This document shows, piece after piece, positions 10,075 to 20,794 of a stretch of 64,000 nucleotides of DNA; within the stretch, counting starts at the first letter, position 1, and each line of letters begins with the position of its first letter. The notes beneath the pieces are model-generated. The model was not told where the DNA came from, searched no databases, and saw nothing but the letters and a program-made list of their open reading frames with translations. The stretch lies in the NCBI GenBank assembly GCA_034226945.1, contig CP120462.1, positions 682,001-746,000 on the forward strand, read 5' to 3'. A program made the position numbers and the translations under genes. Source of the stretch: Picochlorum sp. SENEW3. Taxonomy: Eukaryota.

Positions 10075-11619
10075 TTACGTATGTAGCAGTTGAACTTGTT
10101 CTTCAATTTCGTGTGGATCAATGTTGCCCTCGTCTAATCGTTTTGATATAGTGCTATCCCCAAACAAGCTCCCTCTGTGTCCACCTGCATCAGCTGGCAG
10201 CGTGAACGACAGAACTGTTGTTGCAGCCATGACCAAGGTACCTAAAACAAATGGAGCCCCGGGAAAGAATGGAAGCGATGAGTCTGATTGTGTGAATATC
10301 TTGAACAGATATGCAAACGCAAGCGGTCCCATCCCACTTGCAATCGATCGAGCACCATACAAGGCTCCCTGCACAGAGCCCTGTTCATGCTCCTCTGAAT
10401 TGTTCGCTTTGATACTCGATATGGTCGGAAACGTAACTGATGAAAATGACCCAAGAAACACAGCGCTGAGTGCGTGCCACTTTTTTGTCGACCAAATCAA
10501 CATGAATTGTTGACATGTTGACAGCACCAAACCCATTCCCAAGAGCCGTGCTTCTCCAAGGAGACTGAGGAAGAATTGAAGCAACACTCCTTGTACAAGA
10601 AGAGCACCGATGCCCAGCACCATAAACATTTGGGACACATCTTTTGCTTTGAATCCCATTTTGAGCTGGAGATATTGAATCAGAATATCCTGCAGACCCT
10701 CTGAAACAACACTCGTAAACATCAAAATGAGTGTGAGGCGAATAAATAATGCATTCCTCTTCAATATCGCAATCGCACGGAGCGTAGCATTCAAAAACCC
10801 CGAAGAACCACCCCCTGCAACCATTGGGGGTGACTCTCGAGCCGCCTCTTGCGCCCGAACCGAATCTTCTCGCTGCACTGACTCTGGGAGAAACAGGATT
10901 GTTCCCACAACTGTACACACAATAATGCCAATGGTCGCCCATGGAACCACGCCAGGGCTCAATGCAGCCCCTATTGGAGGACCAACTAATATGGCGACAG
11001 AAAAACTTGCAAGTATCAGCCCAAAAGCCGCAGCCCGTTCCGCCGGAGGAATTAAATCAGCCATATAGGCCAGTGACGGTGCTATCAGGGTCACAGCTCC
11101 TGTACATGCTTGCACCACATACATCCAATACAGCGGCAAGATCCCATTCATATTCAATATAACTATACATACGGGTAAAATACTTATACTTTGAGCGAGA
11201 ATAAGGACGGGCTTTCGCCCATGAACATCACTCCAGGCCCCCAATGCTGGGCTCAGCACAATTGCAAAGACTGTATTCTGAAAAAAGCCAGACACAGTAC
11301 TAAACTGCACCACATCCGCATGAGCATCCCGACACGATACGGGAGAATCCTTGGGCTCATAATCATCACAATGGATGGGCTCTCCTTCTCTCCGAGATGC
11401 AAAATCGTCTGTCACCAAAGAAGGCAAAATGGGCAGCAAGAGTAGTTGACCCACGAGCTGCAGGAAGATGAGTGCCAGTAGGACCCATGTCCTCGTATTC
11501 CATAATACTTTTAATAAACGTATATATGATTCAACATGTGACATATTTGCACTGTTTGTGCGGTGTACGTGTAAAGTCCCTTTTGGATGTCCACGAGCGT
11601 CGTCTGTTCTCGTACTCAT
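10075..11619 (-). CDS. Major facilitator superfamily transporter (HIAT1/MFSD14, tetracycline-resistance-like)
   Basis: About 12 hydrophobic segments, motif A GAWSDVHGRKPVL, AYMAD, QGSVQG and PGAPF. Confidence 0.9.
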   Translation of the reverse strand: MSTRTDDARGHPKGTLHVHRTNSANMSHVESYIRLLKVLWNTRTWVLLALIFLQLVGQLLLLPILPSLVTDDFASRREGEPIHCDDYEPKDSPVSCRDAHADVVQFSTVSGFFQNTVFAIVLSPALGAWSDVHGRKPVLILAQSISILPVCIVILNMNGILPLYWMYVVQACTGAVTLIAPSLAYMADLIPPAERAAAFGLILASFSVAILVGPPIGAALSPGVVPWATIGIIVCTVVGTILFLPESVQREDSVRAQEAARESPPMVAGGGSSGFLNATLRAIAILKRNALFIRLTLILMFTSVVSEGLQDILIQYLQLKMGFKAKDVSQMFMVLGIGALLVQGVLLQFFLSLLGEARLLGMGLVLSTCQQFMLIWSTKKWHALSAVFLGSFSSVTFPTISSIKANNSEEHEQGSVQGALYGARSIASGMGPLAFAYLFKIFTQSDSSLPFFPGAPFVLGTLVMAATTVLSFTLPADAGGHRGSLFGDSTISKRLDEGNIDPHEIEEQVQLLHT

Positions 11620-11726
11620 CGACTCCAATTCACACAAACTCACGCATCATGTTCTTGATTACAATATTGCACAATAATATAGTCATAGTAATAATAATAA
11701 TCGGTTGTTGTAGCACACTGTTTGTT

Positions 11727-13048
11727 TTATATCTTAAAGGCCATCCGGCCATTAAAGGTGGAGAGCGCCACGGAAAAGGCCTGAATGGGTGACATGACTG
11801 CAATACTACCAAACACGATGAGACACAGCACGCATCGGCGTAGCAAACATCAAGTAACATACCTGTGGGGTTGAAGTCTAATATAAACATGTCCTCATCT
11901 GCTTTTCCGAATTGCATGACCACGCGGTGGCTCAGTTCATCTTCATTGTCATCTCCAGTTTGGACCAGTTGGAAATTCTTGACGGACGCGAGCCTGACGC
12001 GTCCTCTAAAGTTGAGACACCAGCATTTTAAACCTTCATTCCAATGAGGAGGTTTGTTCGATAACATCGTGGCGTGGTCACCATTCTGTTCAGAACAATG
12101 CCAACTTGCCTGAGAGAGCGCAACCTCCATTCGACGAGGCTGCATGATACCGCTCATTCGTGCTCTATATCGCATGGATAAAACGCGTTCCTTCACCGCA
12201 ATGTCATCTTCAGATGTAACGTCACACTCGAGATACGGATGAACGGACACTCCCCTTCTCAACGAATCCTGTATGTGCTTCCCAAGGCGAAGGGAGTAGG
12301 CAGTACACAAGAGATTGCAGTCCAGCAAAGCACACGGCTCCACGCCCTGTTCCAGTGCATTCTGAGCATTTTCTAGATACATATTATACTTACTTCTTCC
12401 GATACCAATCGCGCTCAGCATGAATGAGCTCCTCGAATCCCTACTCTTCCCCAGGAACATGGAAATCACCAAGCGGCCTTGCACATGTCGTCTCTCCACA
12501 AAGCACTTTACCAATCCACTTCTCGACCCACCTGGCTCTACTGGACTTGTACAAAACAATTGATTCGGGTGCTGATAAAACGAGTGACTCCCCATCCCCA
12601 TGAAATCCCAAGGAGATGAGAAGAAGACTCTCTGCGCAGTGCATCTCCATGTGCGTGATACGCCACACACTGAAAATATCGTCTGCACATCTTCTTTCGA
12701 CAACCGAGTCTTCCTACCATTTTTCTTCCCCTGATACGTCTTCATAGACTGCTTCAACTGAAGTAATATACACTCTAAAACTTCCCCGGGCAAATCATCC
12801 AATCGAATCTCCCTCAGACTCTCCACCTCTTCATCATCAGACACATCCGTGGCATGCTCTCCCCCCGTCGAAGACCGATGCACACTCTCCACCATATCCA
12901 TCTTTGATCTATATGCAAGCTCCCCTGCGACGCGACGAGAGGACACAAGGACATCCTCTGGAACGTCGGCAACAGCCTGTGGGTGCCTTCCAAACCCAGT
13001 TCCGCTCCCAAAGCACGACTTCACCGCATGATTCAGTCGCTCCATCAT
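11727..13048 (-). CDS. F-box Tubby-like protein
   Basis: F-box (LDDLPGEVLECIL...CGVSRTWR) and Tubby domain (PRRM, LSNKPPHWNEGLKCWCLNFRGRVRLASVKNFQL, QFGK). Splicing intron 11798-11862 gives the canonical end VMSPIQAFSVALSTF and a stop at 11727. Confidence 0.92.
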
Positions 13049-13822
13049 TATTCTTATTATTCTTATGTAGATATGTATGAAACTATTTCGACGAGTCAAG
13101 AGTACTCTCTCATCAGTAGATACAACAACACGGAGCCCAACACGGAGTAGTAAATTTCCAGACTCCAATATCAGTTATTGGGCGATATGATGCACCTATA
13201 AACTATCCGAAAAGCATATATGTTGTACTATATGCCCATATGCAACGCATTCAGGCATCAAACATCCTTGGATAGGAAACAAAAACACACGCGTTTCTTC
13301 CACGTGTTCAAATTCGTTCTCACGTCACCACCAGTCTCAAGGCACATCATCTCGTCCATATATGCGACACATAGGTGTCTGATACCTACAATGGAAACAG
13401 TATGCGACACCCTATCGTCAGGGCTTATGGGCACTGTACGTCTGTATCCGTCCGAGAGAAGGTTGACTTGTTTGGTAAGCATCCCATCCAACCCATCCCT
13501 CGACCGGTATCGGTATCGATTCACTGATGCGCATTCTCGGATGCATCCCTTCCCTGTCCACGTGGGGCTGTGACCGATCATTATTGGAGTTTGCCATGCC
13601 CATGGGAACATGCATGACGAGGGAGTCCTTCTTCGAAGCGACGGACGCGGTTGGTGGGATGGACGACCCAATTGATGGTCCATCGGATCGACCGACTTGA
13701 TTCATTCATATTATCTTCAATATTGGATAGAATAGAGAGAAAGCCGAATAACAACAACGACAGCCATCCTTTGTGGTTGTTGTTGTTGTTTGCAGTACGA
13801 CGAGCAAATCACCGTTGGATCA

Positions 13823-16327
13823 ATGAGCACAACACGAACGAATACCATGGGTGATGAGGACATCTGTGGTACTCCGACGATAGAAGATGTCATCGAGTTA
13901 ACTGCGAATACGAGAAGGCGTATTCGTTCGCTTGCACGGACCAATCGTTTTGGGAAAGAATTGTTGTGTTTGGGTCGGTTTCTGGGCAAGGTGGAGAGTC
14001 TGGTTGGGTCTTTGGAAGAAAGTATTGCCATTGGAGGTGGAGGTGAGCGATTAAAGTGTCAGTCGCCCGGAGGAGGAGAGTTGGGTTGCTGTGGGGTGGA
14101 GCAGACGCAGGGTGTGTGCGTGTCATCATCATCTCTGCTTCATAGTACGAGTAAGCTGAATCAGCAGCACGCACTGTTTGCATCAATGTACTCTGGAGAT
14201 ACGGAGTATCCATGTGCTGATTTGGAGGATATTGTTGATGCGGTTGAAGGAGTGAAGGAAGCAGCTTCTGCAACTGAACGCCAGGCCAGTGTGGAGAGGT
14301 TTTTGTTGCTGGAACAGAACCAAGAGATGCTCAAGGTTGTGGCATCAGATCTTGGATATTCTATTACGACGTTTGAGCCATTGCTTCCCCTGCTTCCTGA
14401 GGATGTGAATGAGGATTATTGGATACTGCAAAAGCAGTTGACAGAATTGTCCTTCTTTGCGGATCCAGATGCTGTGACGATTGCAAATGATGCTGTGAAT
14501 GGTGTGTTACTGCATTACTATGGTTGTATGTCGGATGCGACGGTGTCTGATGTGCTCGCCCGGATGTTATTGAGGTTGATAGATGAGGATGTGCATGCTG
14601 CTTTGGGTGATGCTCCTCTACATGGGCGGTGCATGGAATGGACCATGGAAAATGTGTCGTCGCTGTATAAAACAGCAATGGTGCAAAAGATTGCTGGAGA
14701 TTATTCTGTGTACTTTCAGTACTTGTTATTAGCTCAGGGTATTGCTGTGATGCTCTGTAATGCAGTTCCCCCAGGGGATGTAGTCTTGGGAAGATTGGAT
14801 GTGTGTTTCCCAGGATGGACGAGAGATCGCCAAAAGTCTGATCATGTGGTTGCATGGGAACGCGTGTTTCGTGAGGAAGACTCGTTGGATGCAATTGATG
14901 AGAGAGTATTGCATGAGTTTGTCTTCACTGTGAAACAGATTCACAGCGAATTGGAGAGTGTAGAGTCGCATGTCCACTGTTTGGGTGATATAGTGATGAG
15001 ACATGTGTCGGATGAATCATGTCCAGAATGGGACGCTGAGAGTTTGGCCGGGCTTGTAGGTCACAGGCTTATCGGGGAGGATATGCAAGATGCATTTCAC
15101 CCAGTCATATCACTGTCTGTAGCACTCTTGATTGAGCAACAGGCGATGAGAAAAGCTTCTCTGTTCGCGGAGGCGGGGATTCCGGAAAAGATGCTGTCGA
15201 TGCTAGAATATTCTACGACTCCTGCGGCCAGAGCAGCGATTCTGATGGCATGCAGATCACTGTTCAGGGACTCTTCATGCAGAGAATCTGTGCATGATCG
15301 CCATGGAGGTTTGTTGATCTTGTTGCGATTTTTGACCAGTCCAGTGGCCCTAGTTAGGAGGAATGCTGCAAAAGCATTGGGGAATTATTGTATTAACAAT
15401 GAAGAACTCAAACTGCTGGCACATAATATGGGAGGAACAGCCAGCCTCTTCTCCATGATGAAACGTGGTGATGTTCTTGGGCAAGAAGCGGCGACGGCCA
15501 CGGTAGCGAATTTGGCAGCAAATTCGGTCAAGTTACAGCAGGAGATTGGCAACCTTGGAAATCCCTTCACCATTTTGGTGAACATGGTGGAATCTCATGT
15601 TGAAAAACCTCGGAAAGGGTCAAAAATGGTCCTAAAGAATGCTGCACGGGCTCTGCAGAATTTGACTGGCCGCGTAAACGTTAATAGGTTGAAAGCAGTA
15701 GATGTGGGTGCGATACCGCTCATGGAAAAGCTTTTGAGATTGGAGGGGACAGAGCCTCGATCCTCTGCAGCGGTTGCCTTGTGCAATATGACCAGATGTA
15801 CCCTTTCTGACGGATTTGAGATATCCTCACAGGGCATCATCTCCTTACTAGATGTTATTTCGGAACCCCGTACGACCGATATTGCCAAAACAGGAAGTTT
15901 GTTGGCTGTGAAGCATGCTGTTAGCAGAATGGTGAAAGCTGGAAATGTGGCACAATTGAGTTCGGTTGAAATTCGTGAAGACCATGTAGATACGCTTATC
16001 AAGTTTCTTCAGGATAATAGAGTAGATATTAGGTGCACTGCATCCAAAGTGATTGGTATCCTCTGCGAATCAAGAACTGAGAGGATCACGAAGTCATTTG
16101 TGAGGCGAGGTGTGTTGGACCCACTTGTGCAAATGTTGCAACGCCATGAGACTGCCAGCTCCGCTGAGTTGACGCTAGATATAATTTCTTCAAATGATAA
16201 TGAAGCCCAGAGTGTACTCAGATCGTTGTCTGCGAGGGCACATGCTGTGGAGAAGGACGTTGCCAGAGGAGCAGGCTCATTCAATCTGACGCGATCTGAT
16301 TCCTCCCCAATTGAAGCAGTTTCATGA
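13823..16327 (+). CDS. Armadillo-repeat protein
   Basis: C-terminal ARM-like repeats (AAKALGNYC, ATATVANLA, AARALQNLT, GAIPLMEKLL, AAVALCNMT). Start ATG at 13823 or 13847. Confidence 0.82.
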   Translation: MSTTRTNTMGDEDICGTPTIEDVIELTANTRRRIRSLARTNRFGKELLCLGRFLGKVESLVGSLEESIAIGGGGERLKCQSPGGGELGCCGVEQTQGVCVSSSSLLHSTSKLNQQHALFASMYSGDTEYPCADLEDIVDAVEGVKEAASATERQASVERFLLLEQNQEMLKVVASDLGYSITTFEPLLPLLPEDVNEDYWILQKQLTELSFFADPDAVTIANDAVNGVLLHYYGCMSDATVSDVLARMLLRLIDEDVHAALGDAPLHGRCMEWTMENVSSLYKTAMVQKIAGDYSVYFQYLLLAQGIAVMLCNAVPPGDVVLGRLDVCFPGWTRDRQKSDHVVAWERVFREEDSLDAIDERVLHEFVFTVKQIHSELESVESHVHCLGDIVMRHVSDESCPEWDAESLAGLVGHRLIGEDMQDAFHPVISLSVALLIEQQAMRKASLFAEAGIPEKMLSMLEYSTTPAARAAILMACRSLFRDSSCRESVHDRHGGLLILLRFLTSPVALVRRNAAKALGNYCINNEELKLLAHNMGGTASLFSMMKRGDVLGQEAATATVANLAANSVKLQQEIGNLGNPFTILVNMVESHVEKPRKGSKMVLKNAARALQNLTGRVNVNRLKAVDVGAIPLMEKLLRLEGTEPRSSAAVALCNMTRCTLSDGFEISSQGIISLLDVISEPRTTDIAKTGSLLAVKHAVSRMVKAGNVAQLSSVEIREDHVDTLIKFLQDNRVDIRCTASKVIGILCESRTERITKSFVRRGVLDPLVQMLQRHETASSAELTLDIISSNDNEAQSVLRSLSARAHAVEKDVARGAGSFNLTRSDSSPIEAVS

Positions 16328-16753
16328 TAAGGCTCAATATTGAGAAGTTTTGCTTCAGTTTGCTTTTATAGAGAGAGATAATTTCAAGAATCAATGCTTT
16401 ATTTCAGTGTCAATGGACAAGTACAAATATTTTGTTTGTTTGGTTTCTCATTTTTAACAACAATTAATGCATGTTTTCGAAGAACCCTTTTCTCTCGTGT
16501 CGTCTTTTCTGTTGGCGAATATGTGGATTTCGTTACGAAATTTTTGAGGGAATTCGGGTGAGATTCCTGGGGTTGGAAGGCCAACTACAACTGACTTGTC
16601 TTCTTTAGAACATTTGAACAGATTCTCTCGATGCAATCCGTTTGACGTCACACGTAAATTCGCACTCGACATAATGCTAGGGACATCAAAAACAAAATAT
16701 TCTCCTGTACATACTCTCTACATTGAAAAGATTCAATCTTTGTTCAAATCAGC

Positions 16754-17500
16754 ATGAAAAGAGCTATCATACTTGCGCTTGTCGCCTTGTGCGGTGTCTG
16801 TTCCGTTACTGTCCAGGCTCAGGATCCAAGTACGTTAGTAAAGCCCGCTCACTTTCGTTCTAATAAATATCTGTAGAATCGTATGAAAATAGCTTTCGAG
16901 GCTCTCAAGGTTCTGCAGTTGTCAGTGTGAAACCCTACGTGTCGTCGGTTGTTTGCTGACGTGTCACCGACTGCCGTGGAGAGGAAATTGCACGTTGTCT
17001 CAACATCATTCACCCATGCTATTACCATTGCTGCAGGCGATATCTTGGACAACTTGGGAATTGGAGGGATCCTTGACGATGTGAATCTGGATGATATCAT
17101 CGCTGCTGGTGAAAAATGTGACACAGAGAAGATAGCAGAGTTGTCCCAAGCTTGCTCTGAATCGGTCACTGATGAGACTCGTGTCTGCACACCAGAGTGC
17201 CAAGCTTTCTTTGATGGAGTGGGGGAATCTTGTGCTGATCTGATTCAAGCCTTCGGATTGGAAGATATCGTAGATGTTTGTGATGGTGGAGATTTCAATT
17301 TCGATCCTGTCAGTGACATCGCTGATACTCCTCCTGCTGACGACAGGACTCCAACTACTCCTGCTGACGACAGCGCTCCATCAACTACCCCAGACAGCAT
17401 TGGCGCTGGTGAACAAATCGCGGAGAATATCGAAGCTGGAAGCGATGCAATCACTCGCAGTGTATCTGTTGGTGTGGCTCTGGCCCTTGCATTGCTCTGA
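16754..17500 (+). CDS. Secreted, probably GPI-anchored, Cys-rich acidic surface protein
   Basis: Exon 1 (16754-16829) encodes signal peptide MKRAIILALVALCGVCSVTVQAQD. After intron 16830-17036, exon 2 is in frame with 6 Cys, a P/T/D-rich stalk and hydrophobic tail VSVGVALALALL. Confidence 0.78.
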
Positions 17501-17600
17501 GGTCATCTGCACGGCGGTGTGAGCATCACATTTTGACAAGCAATTACAATGAAATATGACGCATGTTATCATTTGTAAAATTTCAAGGGAACACGTTCGT

Positions 17601-20237
17601 TCAACAAAAAGAGTCTGCTGGATTAGATTCTGGTTGAAGGATGCTCATAAAATCCATCATATTCAAGCATAGTGAGAACAGTATGTTAACACAAGCAATC
17701 GCCATGGTGTATGAGACGACACCATTATCTCGCACGCTATCTAATATCTTATCCTTCAAATTTTCAACTTGATCATGGAGAATGAGAATGCCGGTATTGC
17801 ATATCTCAACCTGATAGAATGTATTCATTGGCACTATTAACCTTGAAAAGTTGCTGAGGCATCGTGGCACGGTTATTTGTAGGATAGTATTAAAGTCTTT
17901 TCGAAACTCTAGCATACCTGGCTCAATGTTCAGCATAGAGATGCTGTCATGTATGTAGCAAAGACTCAAAATTCTATTAAGCATCTTCCGCAGACAAATG
18001 CGTAAACGCTTCATTTTTGGCACATCGATGACATCTCGCTCAAATAACACCCCATCCAATCGTGCTAGAGCTGCTAATTGATCCTCAAAAGCCATAAGAT
18101 TCTCAAATCTGTCCAAATCAACTGTCAATTCTGCAACTTCAATGCCATACTGGTGAGCAGGCACATAGGAAAAATCATACTTGGTCGCAACTTCCTTCTG
18201 ATGCAACAAAAAGGATGACTCGAATGACAGGTAGGATAGACCTTTGCAGATGCGCTGAATCTCATGCCTGGCAGTTTTCACACTCTCCCTATAGAAGACG
18301 AGAGTTGTAGCAACAAACTCCAATCCAATGCCAACAAGAATGCAGAGAATCCTCCATGCAGCAGTATCCGGGGAAGGAACTTCATCAATATATCCAGACA
18401 ATACCGCTATCGGTAGGGTCAGTTTCATCACATACCAGGCATACTGAAACTGACGAGGCGATTTAAGCATGCCCCTGTGAAAGCATGCTGTGAAAAACGG
18501 GTATATAAGCGTCATGAAGATGTATTTGAGAGCCCTATTTTGATACGATAGCCCGTTCAGTAGATAAACGAGGTAAATTATTATATACGATGCACATCCT
18601 GCAGCAACAGTACCAACAATCCGATTGCATGCTTTCAATACAGTTGCTCCAACTGTGCCCTGTCCACCCATAACCCATACTGTCACTAAAATCCACATTG
18701 TGTGACCCTGAAACGCATTATATGTTCGATCACAGACATGGAGAGTCATTGCAGCACTAATAGCTATTGCCTGCTGGGCAACAGGCTTCAAGTACCGCGG
18801 CCGAAGACCCAGTGCATGAATAAGCCTCCTCAAACCAAGAGCACATGCATTTCCTCTGTGATTCTTGAATGTCTCTCGTAGAACAGCTGTATTCAATGTA
18901 CCGGACCTTTTCATCGAGGCCACGTACCCAGGGACTTTACTCTTCCCACCAGAAACACGCATGTAGCTGCTGAACGATTTTAACACAGGATTGTGGTGCT
19001 TCTCAAAATGCTCCATACCCATGGCAATATAATGTGACTTTGATGAATCTTGCCAGGCTAGAATATGCGGTATGATAGAAAACATTTGGCATACACGCAA
19101 CCCAAGTACACAGTACGCAAGTAGCACAGATCTACTATCCATCACTGTCATTTCAACCACTGGTCTATGCACACACTCGACAAGTGGCAACATACGCTCT
19201 TCCAACTCCTTCACACACGCGATACCCTCTTCATACGTACAAGTACCTTCAAGAATCTGTATCATAGTACCAAATGACACTTTCATCTGTTCAACCAGAT
19301 GTTTGAGAGGAGGCTTGGAATGCACCAAAACGATAGGGATGCCCAAAACATTCTGATTCTCAACCAAATTAATCAATGTACCAAATAATGAGATATACTG
19401 CCGAAGACATGCCACAAGCGCAGAATAATACTTGACTGGAAACGATGTAGGGGGCCATGTGCAGCTCACATCTGCCATAGCACTTGATCTCAACAGCATT
19501 CTGGACTTGATCACATTCGTCCCCACCGGCAGGATACAATCCTCCGTGATTCTCCCAACAATATGCGCATCATCAAGCATCATATCTGCTCCTATCAAAT
19601 GCTCTGTGAGTGCATCCGTCCCTTGTGACAACATCCTCAAGGATGCTATTGTCATTCCAACAACCTCTTCACTCTTATGAATTGGAAACACAGCATGACT
19701 CGCGATAGTCGACACAAACAGCCCAATTAACATGTTCAGAACAATATACGCCAGCGTTTTGGGATATATCTGGTCCAAATGCGTTCCTGACGTCGAAACA
19801 AGTACAAACATGATACCAGAGATGAGTACAGCCTTGTACTTTGGAGACCACACAGGTCCTCTGTAAAAATATGTCGTCACCGACAAGACCAATGTCACAA
19901 AGAGAACCAACGTTGCCCCCTTTGTCACAGATTGTTCAAAGCTGTGACCATTGCACAGATATGCCAAATACATCACTCCTAGTCCCAGAGAGCCCCCACA
20001 GATGGTCCCCAAAAGTCGAACGGATACATACAACAGCGATGCCCCCGAATCCGTTTGCAACGCTAAAGCAAACCCAATAAATCCAGTCACTGGACCAACA
20101 TTGGTCGTATCGTACGACAAGGCATTCCAAACCGTTGGGTTTGAAACAATGCACAAATACACAAAAGCCCCCACATACGCCTGTATGAATCCTCGATTCC
20201 CCGGGTCTTTAATAAAGAATTCTTTCCAACTTTTCAT
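17601..20237 (-). CDS. ALMT/FUSC-like (aromatic acid exporter superfamily) membrane protein with two transporter modules
   Basis: Two 6-TM blocks with G.S/T....R..GT..GG/AG (GASLLYVSVRLLGTICGG; GATVLKACNRIVGTVAAG) and AAWRILCILVG, each followed by a helical cytosolic domain. Confidence 0.78.
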   Translation of the reverse strand: MKSWKEFFIKDPGNRGFIQAYVGAFVYLCIVSNPTVWNALSYDTTNVGPVTGFIGFALALQTDSGASLLYVSVRLLGTICGGSLGLGVMYLAYLCNGHSFEQSVTKGATLVLFVTLVLSVTTYFYRGPVWSPKYKAVLISGIMFVLVSTSGTHLDQIYPKTLAYIVLNMLIGLFVSTIASHAVFPIHKSEEVVGMTIASLRMLSQGTDALTEHLIGADMMLDDAHIVGRITEDCILPVGTNVIKSRMLLRSSAMADVSCTWPPTSFPVKYYSALVACLRQYISLFGTLINLVENQNVLGIPIVLVHSKPPLKHLVEQMKVSFGTMIQILEGTCTYEEGIACVKELEERMLPLVECVHRPVVEMTVMDSRSVLLAYCVLGLRVCQMFSIIPHILAWQDSSKSHYIAMGMEHFEKHHNPVLKSFSSYMRVSGGKSKVPGYVASMKRSGTLNTAVLRETFKNHRGNACALGLRRLIHALGLRPRYLKPVAQQAIAISAAMTLHVCDRTYNAFQGHTMWILVTVWVMGGQGTVGATVLKACNRIVGTVAAGCASYIIIYLVYLLNGLSYQNRALKYIFMTLIYPFFTACFHRGMLKSPRQFQYAWYVMKLTLPIAVLSGYIDEVPSPDTAAWRILCILVGIGLEFVATTLVFYRESVKTARHEIQRICKGLSYLSFESSFLLHQKEVATKYDFSYVPAHQYGIEVAELTVDLDRFENLMAFEDQLAALARLDGVLFERDVIDVPKMKRLRICLRKMLNRILSLCYIHDSISMLNIEPGMLEFRKDFNTILQITVPRCLSNFSRLIVPMNTFYQVEICNTGILILHDQVENLKDKILDSVRDNGVVSYTMAIACVNILFSLCLNMMDFMSILQPESNPADSFC

Positions 20238-20794
20238 ATCTCCTTCTCATGACCACGAATGAATGTCCACGCAGTATGGGTTCAAATTCCATGTCCACGG
20301 ATTTTATTTTTGGATTCGCTCACAGAAACAGCGGGTCTAGGCCTTCATCTTGTATTCCATGCGTGGATTCCTGACTAAAATCTCAGAATAAAAAAATAGT
20401 GAGGACGATTTAGTTACACGCGTGAACAGCAAGGCACAAAGTACCCCTTGAGTGCAATCGGATCCCTGCAAGCTCTACTCAAAGATACATCTCGAGACAG
20501 AGCAAAGCTCTGTGTTGAGATCTTCAGAAGAGGGACTTCCCTGGGCACGGTGAGATGGAAGCTTGTGTTGAATGCATCACTTAGATGTACATAAGCCCTC
20601 GTTACAGGATGCTGTTTCGTTGGCAATATGTATTGGCATGCATTGCCATGATCATCCCTCATGAGGGATGTATGGCTCATGCACACCCACGTTGGGCAAT
20701 CTGGAGCATGTTTCGTTGTATCAAGATGGTAGAATCGCAGTTCGATGATCATTCGATGCAAATATATTTGTAAATATACTGCCGGAAACCGTCG

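Noticed and set aside
11630..11862. Apparent overlap of the Tubby ORF end with the MFS gene start
   Set aside because: An artefact of reading through intron 11798-11862. The spliced Tubby gene stops at 11727.
20276..20390. T-arm-like hairpin ATGGG-TTCAAAT-TCCAT followed by GTCCACG, with complementary CGTGGAT downstream (possible permuted tRNA)
   Set aside because: The candidate D-loop lacks the conserved GG and no anticodon arm forms. ATGTCCACG is simply repeated locally, so a promoter motif or chance is more likely.
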